Source: a virus
Lineage: Duplodnaviria; Caudoviricetes
Reading direction: 5' to 3' (one strand)
Length of the DNA: 64,000 nt
IMG/VR virus record: IMGVR_UViG_3300031953_000001
A program made the translations under genes and the position numbers. The notes under the pieces were generated by a model. The model was not told where the DNA came from and ran no database searches. It saw only the letters and a list, made by a program, of their open reading frames with translations. This document shows, piece by piece, positions 27,701-36,292 of this stretch; the stretch's first letter is position 1; the number at the start of each line of letters is the position of its first letter.

Positions 27701-29923
27701 TCAACGGCGATTAAGTCGGTCCGACAACTTGACGGTCAGCTCTTGAACGGTGACCTCCAGCCAAGCGACGCGGCGGTTGCTGATGTCCAACTCTCTCGCC
27801 ATCTGTTTGATGGAGTGTTGCGCCAGGGCGTGAAAGTCGTTGTACGACAACCCCTCGTAACCGTCGTCTTTCTGTCTTACCAAGTCAGGGAAGAACGCTT
27901 TAACGTCTGTGGTCAGAAACCCGTAGTGGGTTTGATTTGAGACGTCTTCAGTTAGGCGATACGAGTAGGGTCTCAGTTCCAGATAGTTATACAACGCGTT
28001 ATCCAGAGCTTTCACGTCTTCCTTCAATCGAGGATCGGAGGTGTAGACCACATCGCCGGCGTACAGATCGCCGGTGACCGTAAGATCGCCGGTGACCGTA
28101 TCGCCACCCGCTTTACCGACGTACCGAGCGTCGTGATCGCCCGACACGCGGTGATCGTTCATACCCTTGGCTTGCAATACCGTGTCCGTGTCGACGGACG
28201 TTCGCAGCGCGGTGGTGGGCAAGTTCGGCTCTGCGTTGGCGGCAACGGTGTCGAGTTTGACGACGTTGGCCGACGCCATCAATCCGGCTGCTGAAACGCT
28301 GGCCAGAGGGAAGGCGACGCCATCTCCCGTAGACGACACCAAGGTAGGGGCTTCTGCCGTGCCGCCCACACTGAGGTCCGTGGCTACGTTGACCTGCGCT
28401 CCCGATTGAACGCTGGCCAGTTTACTGTGGTCGTTGATGCTCATGAACCCGGCAGCCGTATCCGTTGCCACAGGAATGGCCACGTTGTTGCCCGTGCTGC
28501 TTACCAAGGTTCGAGTGTCGCCCGCACCGGTCAAGGTCAGATCCGTACCCACATTGACTTGAGCACCGGAACTCACCCCATCCAACTTCACTTTATCGCT
28601 GGCGGACATGACGCCGGCGTTGGTGACACTTACCCCAGGAATGGCGACATTGTTGCCGTAGCTGTTGGTGATCGTGATACTGGTGGCGGTTTGCGTGAGC
28701 GCCAAGTTACTGGGTACATTGACCTGGGCGCCTGTCTCTACCCCCCCGAGTTTGGTGAACTGCGCCATGGACATCAACCCGGCCGTGCTGGCTGAGGCTG
28801 TCGGTAAGACCACGTTACTACCGGTGGACGAGGTGACACCGCGAGCATCGCCGGTCCCACTCAACCCGAGGTTGGTGCCCACGTTGACTTGTGCGCCAAT
28901 CGCCACACCGGCCAATTTGGTTTTCTCAGTCGAACTGTAATCTTCGCTCGATAGCCCTTTGCCAGCGACGGTGTTCACTTTGGTGAGCAGCGCCGTGTCC
29001 ACTTGAAGTTGAGTGTAATAACGCCCGTCGTGGTCGTCGGACGCGACGTGATCTACCATTCCTTTGGCCGTCAGCACCGTACCTGTCTCATTCAACGTTC
29101 GTGACGAGGTGGTGGGCAAGTTCACTTCCGCCGCGGTTTGGATGTTGGCCAATTTGGTAAACTGACTTGGCGCCATCAACCCAACCTTGGACGCATCGGC
29201 CACCACCAAATCAACTCCGGTACCACCACTGTTCTCTATGCGGTAGGTTGTACCCCCACGAGTGAACGTCAAGTTCACCGCAACGTTCTGCTCAGCGCCG
29301 GCTTCAATGCCGGTTAATTTACTCAACCAGGCATCGGTGAAGTCATTTGCACTTAAGGCTTTGCCCGTGACTTTATCGACTTTGGTACCCAAGGCTGACT
29401 GCAACCCGGCGATCGAATCGATGCTCAAGTTCTCCAACGAGTCTCGATTGAGCTTGATGTAATCCACAATCTCTTGGATCTGATCCAGAGTGGTGTCGTC
29501 GCTGCCAATCAAGGCGTTGATGGCGTCCACCGCGTCTTTCAGTACCTTACCTTGCGCCGCACTCAACACCTCACTGGGGGCGTTGCTGGTCAGCGTATCG
29601 GCGATGTTGGCGATGTCAATTTTCAACGCCAAGGCCGCATCCATTTCCGTTTCGGTGTAGTAACGCCCGTCGTGGTCGTCGGACGCGACGTGATCTACCA
29701 TCCCTTTGGCGGTTAACAAGACCCCGGTGCTATTGACCGTGCGTTCGATGGTGATGGCGTTCGGAATCTGGTCCAACCCGACCTGTACTTTGGTCACTGA
29801 GTGGGGATTATCGTCTCGTGCAATGTGCGTGTCCGTGTTCTCAAAGAGAATGTCGATCTTTCCCTTGAGGGTTTCGAACATACGCTTGACCGCTGCGGTT
29901 AGCTGGTCGGTTGGTTTGGTCAT
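27701..29923 (-). CDS. tail fibre with C-terminal peptidase S74 intramolecular chaperone
   Basis: YTSDPRLKEDV...GFLTTDV..FPDLV...GLSYNDF + coiled coil; internal repeats of about 50-55 aa (QVNV.T.L...SSTG..V..P.A....AG.M). Confidence 0.88.
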   Translation of the reverse strand: MTKPTDQLTAAVKRMFETLKGKIDILFENTDTHIARDDNPHSVTKVQVGLDQIPNAITIERTVNSTGVLLTAKGMVDHVASDDHDGRYYTETEMDAALALKIDIANIADTLTSNAPSEVLSAAQGKVLKDAVDAINALIGSDDTTLDQIQEIVDYIKLNRDSLENLSIDSIAGLQSALGTKVDKVTGKALSANDFTDAWLSKLTGIEAGAEQNVAVNLTFTRGGTTYRIENSGGTGVDLVVADASKVGLMAPSQFTKLANIQTAAEVNLPTTSSRTLNETGTVLTAKGMVDHVASDDHDGRYYTQLQVDTALLTKVNTVAGKGLSSEDYSSTEKTKLAGVAIGAQVNVGTNLGLSGTGDARGVTSSTGSNVVLPTASASTAGLMSMAQFTKLGGVETGAQVNVPSNLALTQTATSITITNSYGNNVAIPGVSVTNAGVMSASDKVKLDGVSSGAQVNVGTDLTLTGAGDTRTLVSSTGNNVAIPVATDTAAGFMSINDHSKLASVQSGAQVNVATDLSVGGTAEAPTLVSSTGDGVAFPLASVSAAGLMASANVVKLDTVAANAEPNLPTTALRTSVDTDTVLQAKGMNDHRVSGDHDARYVGKAGGDTVTGDLTVTGDLYAGDVVYTSDPRLKEDVKALDNALYNYLELRPYSYRLTEDVSNQTHYGFLTTDVKAFFPDLVRQKDDGYEGLSYNDFHALAQHSIKQMARELDISNRRVAWLEVTVQELTVKLSDRLNRR
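29019..29059. repeat. 41-bp perfect direct repeat, copy 1
   Basis: TAACGCCCGTCGTGGTCGTCGGACGCGACGTGATCTACCAT, identical at 29661-29701. Confidence 0.9.
29661..29701. repeat. 41-bp perfect direct repeat, copy 2
   Basis: Identical to 29019-29059; encodes MVDHVASDDHDGRY. Confidence 0.9.
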
Positions 29924-30002
29924 ACCGGATTCCCCGTACTAGGCAAAATAAGACGAAGGCGTCCTCGCAAAAGGCGCCCTCGTCGATGATTCGGTTAGGA
30001 TC

Positions 30003-30461
30003 TTACGATGACGTGGAGCTGATCGTTAACAGTGGCATGCACAACCACAAGCGACTGGGAGACATGGGCAGATCGGGCCAGGACAAAGTAGACCCCCCTA
30101 TCGTAAGCGCGGTGGCCACAAAGGTTGCCGGGTTCCAGCCCTCTAAAGTGCGTGGGGTACCGATGGGCATCCATTGAGGTTTGTCGTACGCAGGTTTGGT
30201 TATCTGCGTTCTTACGAATCGGGACATGGCCTCAGAATCGGTCACCCGCACCACCACCAAACTTCGGTCTGGGTACCGGTCTTCGAACGTTGTCTTAGTT
30301 CTAAACACCACCCCCGAGTCGACGTCTACCTCAGCGATGTAGGAGTTCAACTCCAACGCCACGTGATCCCAATAGGTTTGGGTAACAAGACGACGCACCG
30401 AGGCCGTCTTGCCAGGTCTGCGAGCAAACCAGACCTTTACCCATTTATTTTTTGGTCGCAT
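30003..30461 (-). CDS. permuted papain-like (YiiX/NlpC-P60) fold protein lacking the expected catalytic Cys
   Basis: WDHVAL, Q..KPAYD, then WNPATFVATAL where W.CSELVA.AL is expected. Confidence 0.5.
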   Translation of the reverse strand: MRPKNKWVKVWFARRPGKTASVRRLVTQTYWDHVALELNSYIAEVDVDSGVVFRTKTTFEDRYPDRSLVVVRVTDSEAMSRFVRTQITKPAYDKPQWMPIGTPRTLEGWNPATFVATALTIGGSTLSWPDLPMSPSRLWLCMPLLTISSTSS

Positions 30462-30714
30462 CGATGACTTTCACCACATCGCTCAGAGACAAGCCCGTCC
30501 ACTGACCGTAGACTTGAGTCAACGTCTCTACGTCCTTGGTGTTGTACAGCGCGCTTTCAATCAACTTAACCAGAAGATCGTCGATGGAGTTGTCGGTCTT
30601 CTTAGACAGCAAGACCAACTTGGTGATGATGATGCGTTTGACGGCGTCGGTACCCAGCAGACTGAGTAGAATCTCACCGAGTTTGCTCAGCATCAAAGTC
30701 ATAGTGGTTTTCAT
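30445..30714 (-). CDS. small hypothetical phage protein
   Basis: GGAGA RBS; KKTDNSIDDLLVKL motif typical of small phage proteins. Confidence 0.6.
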   Translation of the reverse strand: MKTTMTLMLSKLGEILLSLLGTDAVKRIIITKLVLLSKKTDNSIDDLLVKLIESALYNTKDVETLTQVYGQWTGLSLSDVVKVIDATKK

Positions 30715-30783
30715 AGGTCTTCTCCTAACGGTTAAACTAAGTGTGGTCATACCATTTCAAGAAGATGAGCCCGATCCTTAAAG

Positions 30784-30815
30784 CGGAATAAGAGGAGACC
30801 TGTTGGTCTCCTCTT
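30784..30815 (-). terminator. hairpin + TATTCCG element closing the radical SAM/desaturase unit
   Basis: AAGAGGAGACC-tgtt-GGTCTCCTCTT with TATTCCG downstream on the minus strand. Confidence 0.75.
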
Positions 30816-30833
30816 TGTTTTATGCTCACATTG

Positions 30834-31115
30834 TCAACGGGTACGTATAATAGCGGCTACATCATCCCGCCGAAGAGACGACATTAAGTCTGGGTTGCTG
30901 AACAAAACGTCGTCTATTAAAGTGGGGTTGTCTTTCTTCACCCGCCCCATTAACTTTGCGTATTCAACGACGGTCACTCGCGCAGCTTTACGAGAAGCGG
31001 TAACCTCAAACTGTGTGGTGCGTTTGTGGTTAAACTCCTCAACCGTGCGTTTGTAATCATCGATCGCCGCATTTAACTCCGCGCGCTTTACGTTTAAATC
31101 TGTAACTGTAACCAT
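30834..31115 (-). CDS. stand-alone copy of the N-terminal module of the two BspA proteins
   Basis: DL.VKRAELN.AIDDYK...EYAKL...VK.D.PT...LFS.P..M....RDD+A.I.RT shared with 21468-22682 and 54807-55961. Confidence 0.8.
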   Translation of the reverse strand: MVTVTDLNVKRAELNAAIDDYKRTVEEFNHKRTTQFEVTASRKAARVTVVEYAKLMGRVKKDNPTLIDDVLFSNPDLMSSLRRDDVAAIIRTR

Positions 31116-31124
31116 GACTGTGTC

Positions 31125-31973
31125 TCATATAGAGTCGAGGGAGGGATATCCTTCTCTCTTATCGACGTGTCGCATCAAATGGTGAGTCGATGGGTTTATC
31201 GGCGATGGGTGAGCGCCTTCGTTTGAGCGTTTACGAATGATCCGAATGATCCACGCGGGTAAGTCGAACTCCCACCATCGGACCTGGTTATTCCAATGTT
31301 GCGGATTGTGATGGTGGTTGTTGTGCCAGCCTTCCCCTAAGAACAACCAAGCCACCATCGGTGAATTGCGACTGTCGTCGTCGGTGTTGTAATTACGGTA
31401 ACCGACCGTGTGGGTCCAAGCCAAAGCGAACTTGAACACATACAGAATGATCGTGGCCGGCATGGCAAACGCAAAGACCACCAACCGCCAATCGATCGCC
31501 AGTAAGACCAAACACCAAACTCCCAAGATCGTGAAGTAGTGATTGTGACAAAACACGATGTCTTTCTGACGCAGCAGGTCTTTAGCTATTCTAGGCGACA
31601 GCTTTACCTCCGGCCAGTGCCCAAACCACACCCTAAAGAACCCCTGCACTTTGGGGCTGTGTGGGTCGGATGTGGTGTCTGCCTTGGCGTGATGGGTACG
31701 GTGCACGATCGTCCAGTTGATCGGAGAACCAAACCCCATCAACATCCCGACAAAGAGCAAAACGTAACGAATGGGGGTGTAGGTCTCAAATGACCTGTGG
31801 GCAACGTATCGGTGGTACCCCAAGGAGTTACCGAACAGACTGAGGACGTAGTACATCCCCAAGGCCACCAACAACCACTCGTATTGTTCGCTGTACATCA
31901 CGTATCCTAACCCCACCGCGGTTAACAGGTGATTGCCGCGGTTTAACCACAGTAGTTTGTGGTTATGGCTCAT
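31125..31973 (-). CDS. membrane fatty acid desaturase (#3)
   Basis: HRYVAH, HRTHH, GEGWHNNHH. Confidence 0.93.
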   Translation of the reverse strand: MSHNHKLLWLNRGNHLLTAVGLGYVMYSEQYEWLLVALGMYYVLSLFGNSLGYHRYVAHRSFETYTPIRYVLLFVGMLMGFGSPINWTIVHRTHHAKADTTSDPHSPKVQGFFRVWFGHWPEVKLSPRIAKDLLRQKDIVFCHNHYFTILGVWCLVLLAIDWRLVVFAFAMPATIILYVFKFALAWTHTVGYRNYNTDDDSRNSPMVAWLFLGEGWHNNHHHNPQHWNNQVRWWEFDLPAWIIRIIRKRSNEGAHPSPINPSTHHLMRHVDKREGYPSLDSI

Positions 31974-32770
31974 AACGTCCTCCGGTATTTAGGCAAAGGT
32001 GTATCGCGCCGGTGGATCAGTTTGATGATCTGTGCGGGGATGTCCCATTCCCACCAGCGTTCTTGGGTGGTCCACCGCGAAGGATGGGCGTGGTGGTTGT
32101 TGTGCCAGCCCTCACCCATGGTGACCAAGTTGGCGATCCAGCTGTTGCGACTGGTGTCACCCTTAAGGTCGTGGTTACGATAACCGTGCAGGTGAGGGAT
32201 AACGATGATGCCGCAGGCGCTGTGCAACGACAAGATTGCGGGTACGGCGTAGACAAAGACCACGCCTTGCCACCCCAGCGTTATGTACAGCAGCAAACAC
32301 CAAAGGATCAGGATCTCAAAGTAGTTGGCGTGCATCCATCGGTGCAACGGGTCTTTACGAAGCCCTTTGGAGACTCGACCCGCTTGGGTAAACCCCGAGG
32401 TGTTCCAGACCCCGAACCAAGCTCTGAATACCCCGATGTTTTGTGGGCTGTGTGGGTCGTGCTCTTGATCGGTGTGTATATGGTGGATGCGGTGTACGAT
32501 GGTCCAAGCCAAAGGGCTACCCACCGTGGTTAAAACCCCACAAAACAGTAAGAACGCTTCTATGGGCTTGTACGTCTTAAACGCACCATGAGCCGCCATG
32601 CGATGAAAGCCGACGTTGATGCCCAAGATGCCAATGAACCAGTAGGTTAACCACGACACCATAAGCCAGCCCCACCAGCCTTGTACGACCGCCCAGATCA
32701 CCAAGGGTAAGGCGATGATGTGGGTGGCGATTTGCAGTAAGCGTACGCCTTGGTTGTGTGTAAGTTTCAT
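31970..32770 (-). CDS. membrane fatty acid desaturase (#2)
   Basis: HRMAAH, HRIHH, GEGWHNNHH. Confidence 0.93.
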   Translation of the reverse strand: MKLTHNQGVRLLQIATHIIALPLVIWAVVQGWWGWLMVSWLTYWFIGILGINVGFHRMAAHGAFKTYKPIEAFLLFCGVLTTVGSPLAWTIVHRIHHIHTDQEHDPHSPQNIGVFRAWFGVWNTSGFTQAGRVSKGLRKDPLHRWMHANYFEILILWCLLLYITLGWQGVVFVYAVPAILSLHSACGIIVIPHLHGYRNHDLKGDTSRNSWIANLVTMGEGWHNNHHAHPSRWTTQERWWEWDIPAQIIKLIHRRDTPLPKYRRTL

Positions 32771-32773
32771 GCC

Positions 32774-33532
32774 TTATCCTCGTTTTTTAATGAGCCAAAT
32801 GAACATCGCTGGGGGATCGATCTCCCACCAACGGACTTGAAAGTTGTATCGCCCAGGGTGCGCGTGGTGGTTGTTGTGCCAGCCGTCGCCCATGGTCAAA
32901 AAATGACACAGCCAACTGTTCTTGCTGTTGTCCTTGATGTCGAAGTTACGGTATCCCCACTGATGCGCTAAGATGGCCAAGGCGTAACTGACAAAGAAGG
33001 TTGACAAAGCCGCGGGGATCAGATAGACCGCGATCACAATCTCAACCCCCCAAACCAACCACAGCGCCGCAACGATTGCCAGGTGCAGATGAAAATAATA
33101 GCGGTGTATCCACATGAACGATGGGGTATCGAGGATGTCTCGCATCGCCACTCGCCGGTCCTCGGTTTCAACGTAGTGCAAACACCATAAGGATTTCCAA
33201 TACCCCATGTGCCTATGACAATGGGGGTCTTTGGGTGTTTCGGTGTATCGGTGATGTACCCGATGTATCCACGCCCAACTGTGGGGAGTGCCTACCGTAC
33301 AAGGCACACTCAGAAGACCCAAGGCCCACTCTATCGGCCCGTACGTCTTAAAGGATCGATGCGATACGTACCGATGTAAATACGCGTTGAACCCGATGCC
33401 CTGAATGACGCCGTAAGCCAGCACACTGACCCACAACAACCCAGGGTCGGTCATCGCCAGATACACCACCCCAGGAATAAAACAAGCAAACAACATTAAC
33501 CGCCACCAGTTTAACCGTTGGGTGGTAAACAT
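32774..33532 (-). CDS. membrane fatty acid desaturase (#1)
   Basis: HRYVSH, HRVHH, GDGWHNNHH; AGGAG RBS before ATG 33532. Confidence 0.93.
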   Translation of the reverse strand: MFTTQRLNWWRLMLFACFIPGVVYLAMTDPGLLWVSVLAYGVIQGIGFNAYLHRYVSHRSFKTYGPIEWALGLLSVPCTVGTPHSWAWIHRVHHRYTETPKDPHCHRHMGYWKSLWCLHYVETEDRRVAMRDILDTPSFMWIHRYYFHLHLAIVAALWLVWGVEIVIAVYLIPAALSTFFVSYALAILAHQWGYRNFDIKDNSKNSWLCHFLTMGDGWHNNHHAHPGRYNFQVRWWEIDPPAMFIWLIKKRG

Positions 33533-33542
33533 AACACGTCTC

Positions 33543-34748
33543 CTAATGATGTTTCTGCAAAGCAAGGACTGAGTTTAGACCCCCAAACCCAAACGCAGTC
33601 TTAACCACCACGTTTATATCCACGTTGTCTTGACGTTGAGCCAATTGAATGGGGGCCAAGTCGGGATCGAGTGTACTCACTGGGTTGCCCACCAAAAACC
33701 GATGGTTCATCATCAGCACACTGTACCATATCTCAAGACTGCCTGAGGCGGTAACGCTGTGGCCGGTTAACCGTTTAAACGCAGTGACCGGAACGCTATC
33801 GCCATAGACGTCGTAAATCGCTTGAGCTTCGGCCACGTCGCCGTTGGGGGTTGACGTTGCATGGGCTGAGATGACGTCGGGGTATATCCCCTGAAGGTCC
33901 AGTTGCGCTTGCACTGAGGCCATGCAGCGCCGGGCTCCTTCCCCGGTGGGGTTGGTCAAGTCGCCGCCGTCGGAGTAATCCGCGTAAGCCACGCAGCGGG
34001 CGTAAGCGAACGTTCCTTGACGAGCAACCCAATGTTCATAAGACTCTACGATCAAACAGCCACCGCCTTCAGAAATGGTAAACCCCGCTCGATCTTTAGA
34101 GAAGGGTGCCGACGCATGAGTGGGATTATTGCCTCGGTACAACGCCCGCATGGCGTCAAAGCCGGCCAAGGTCTCCCCCAGAATCTTCTCAGCGCTCACA
34201 CAGACCACCACATCGGCTTTGCCCAACTCGATCAAGTCCATGGCCTGGGTAACCGTACGGACCCCAGAGGCGCAGGCGTGTTGAACCGTGTGCACAGGTC
34301 CTCGAATATTGAACAAGGCCGTTAGAGGTCCTGTGACAGCCGTGGGGATAGACTTAAGCAGCGCAAACGGGGAGGTGCGCTTTTCTCGATACCCCAACAG
34401 CGAATGCAATCCGTCGATTCCTGTGGCCCCCATCGCTGAGACCAACGCGGTGCGCTCACTGGCGAAGACCTCAAGACCCAACCCGGCGTCCGCCAAGGCC
34501 CGTAGAATAGACACGTAGCTGATGGCCAGAGTGTCGTTGTACACGCTCTTAGGTAAGTCGCGGGCAGGACTGTCCTCTTTAAGGTTGAACACGCAAGGGC
34601 TCCAAAAACTGGCTTTGAGGTTCTTGCTGAGTATCGCCATGGGACTGATGTTGGACGTCTCTGCTTTGAGGTTATCCACCAGTTCTTGCTGTGTCTGCCC
34701 CATGGGGGTGATTCCACCGGCGCCGGTGATGAGGGTATGAACGGACAT
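33543..34748 (-). CDS. beta-ketoacyl-ACP synthase (FabB/FabF type)
   Basis: Cys-His-His triad: HACASG, HATSTPNGD, KRLTGH; terminal FGFGGLNS. Confidence 0.93.
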   Translation of the reverse strand: MSVHTLITGAGGITPMGQTQQELVDNLKAETSNISPMAILSKNLKASFWSPCVFNLKEDSPARDLPKSVYNDTLAISYVSILRALADAGLGLEVFASERTALVSAMGATGIDGLHSLLGYREKRTSPFALLKSIPTAVTGPLTALFNIRGPVHTVQHACASGVRTVTQAMDLIELGKADVVVCVSAEKILGETLAGFDAMRALYRGNNPTHASAPFSKDRAGFTISEGGGCLIVESYEHWVARQGTFAYARCVAYADYSDGGDLTNPTGEGARRCMASVQAQLDLQGIYPDVISAHATSTPNGDVAEAQAIYDVYGDSVPVTAFKRLTGHSVTASGSLEIWYSVLMMNHRFLVGNPVSTLDPDLAPIQLAQRQDNVDINVVVKTAFGFGGLNSVLALQKHH

Positions 34749-34756
34749 GGCGTGGT

Positions 34757-35311
34757 TTACTCTTTTAGATAGACATCAATGGGGATGGCCAATCGTAACC
34801 CTTTGGCGTGTTCTTGCACGTAATGCTGCAAGTACGATGGGAAGATCAGCAACCCCCCCGTTTGGGGTTGGTGTTTGTACGGTTGAAAGTGGTTGTTGAT
34901 CACATCCCAAGGGTAACCGCGCGAAGCCAGACCGCGTGGGTCGCACACGGTTAAGTACCCCTCGCACGCTTCTAGATAATAAATGGCTGACACATGCGCC
35001 CCGGTGTGGTGGTGCAAGGGCGTACCGTGACCATCACTGCTGTTGCGCACCCACGCCTGCCAACTGTCGATCAGAGGCTCGTACGCAAACTGTTCGCACG
35101 CGTATTGCATGATCAACGGGATCAGCTGATCTTCCACAAACGCTTTGAGTCGTGGGTACTCTGGTAGATGGAGGTTTTTGGTCTCATCGATGGGGCGATC
35201 GTCGTAGGATCGACCAGGCATCAAGGCTTCTTCCACCAAGGCGTCCAGATTGGGGGCTGGAACCGTTTCTTCACGCAGTACAATCTTCCACGGTTGAATG
35301 TCGGTGGCCAT
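34757..35311 (-). CDS. 2OG-Fe(II) oxygenase (TIGR02466/2OG-FeII_Oxy_5-like)
   Basis: LHHH...SAIYY, DPRG, LLIFPSYLQHYV, R. Confidence 0.85.
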   Translation of the reverse strand: MATDIQPWKIVLREETVPAPNLDALVEEALMPGRSYDDRPIDETKNLHLPEYPRLKAFVEDQLIPLIMQYACEQFAYEPLIDSWQAWVRNSSDGHGTPLHHHTGAHVSAIYYLEACEGYLTVCDPRGLASRGYPWDVINNHFQPYKHQPQTGGLLIFPSYLQHYVQEHAKGLRLAIPIDVYLKE

Positions 35312-35321
35312 AGTTGAGTCC

Positions 35322-35885
35322 TTACTGGGGTTCTTTTAAATACAGATCGGTGGGCAGAGATACCCGCAACCCCTGACCGTGACCGTCAACGTAATGCTGC
35401 AAGTACGATGGGAAGATCAGCAAGAGTCCCGCTTGGGGGTTCTCACTGAACAGGTTAAAATGGCGGTTCCTCACGTCAGTAGGATAACCGCGACACGCCG
35501 ATCCCCTAGGGTCAACTAAGTTGATGCTGCCCTCACTGGCGCAGGGGTAATAGATGGATGACAAGAGTGCCCCACTGTGCTCGTGCAGCTTCATGCCTTC
35601 GCCCCCTACTGTCACGCGCAACCAGGCGGTGTAACTGTCCACAAACTGCCGTACCCCGAACTGCTGAGTCAGGTAGTCTTGCAAACGAGGCACTATCTCA
35701 TCGTACACCAAGCGATGGGCTTGAGGGAAATCGCGTTCTGACACCGTGTTGTCATCCAACTCCAACCCATCGAAGTTGCGATTGGTGGACCGCATCAAGG
35801 CTTCTGTGATCAACGCCTCGTTGTCCACTCCTTCAAGAATCTCCCGTCGTACCACACAGCGCCAGGGTTCTAGGTCTTGAAACAT
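35322..35885 (-). CDS. 2OG-Fe(II) oxygenase, tandem paralog
   Basis: LHEH...SSIYY, DPRG, LLIFPSYLQHYV, R. Confidence 0.85.
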   Translation of the reverse strand: MFQDLEPWRCVVRREILEGVDNEALITEALMRSTNRNFDGLELDDNTVSERDFPQAHRLVYDEIVPRLQDYLTQQFGVRQFVDSYTAWLRVTVGGEGMKLHEHSGALLSSIYYPCASEGSINLVDPRGSACRGYPTDVRNRHFNLFSENPQAGLLLIFPSYLQHYVDGHGQGLRVSLPTDLYLKEPQ

Positions 35886-36292
35886 GCAGCCTCCGCTAGA
35901 CACTCGTCTTTAAAGTAACGCACCGTAAAATCCACCCAGAGCCCGGTTAAAGGAATGTGGTCTATCCCCCCCAGCCCTTCAAGGATTTTGTCGTAGTCCG
36001 TTTTGTTCTCACTGTAAGGCACAAAGTACGGGTCGTTGCCAAACAACAAGTCAGGGTCATCCAATACCTCGTAGAAGTCTTCGTCAAAGTGATCGCGCAA
36101 CAGTCTGGCATAGATAACCGCAATGGCGTACGATTTCCCTGGATAAACAGACGCGGCTATAGGAGCACGAAAGTACCGTAAAGCCTCACCCACAACGTCA
36201 GGATCGGAGATGGTGGTGAAGTTGCGGGTATCGTCGCTGTGCTCTTCCGTCAGTCGGTGGTACAGAAGTTGATTGACTTTCCATTCTTTCAT
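35870..36292 (-). CDS. hypothetical protein of the radical SAM unit
   Basis: ATGA overlap with upstream gene; VYPGKSYAIAVIYA...DPYFVPY. Confidence 0.7.
   Translation of the reverse strand: MKEWKVNQLLYHRLTEEHSDDTRNFTTISDPDVVGEALRYFRAPIAASVYPGKSYAIAVIYARLLRDHFDEDFYEVLDDPDLLFGNDPYFVPYSENKTDYDKILEGLGGIDHIPLTGLWVDFTVRYFKDECLAEAACFKT

Noticed and set aside
28065-28100. 18-bp tandem duplication AGATCGCCGGTGACCGTA x2
   Set aside because: Encodes the ordinary TVTGDL fibre repeat preceding S74 domains
30445-30714. Small protein as holin
   Set aside because: Only one weakly hydrophobic stretch and not adjacent to the endolysin; insufficient support
31125-34748. Firm call as a polyyne biosynthetic cluster
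   Set aside because: No fatty acyl-AMP ligase, ACP, thioesterase or rubredoxin in the window; kept only as an analogy
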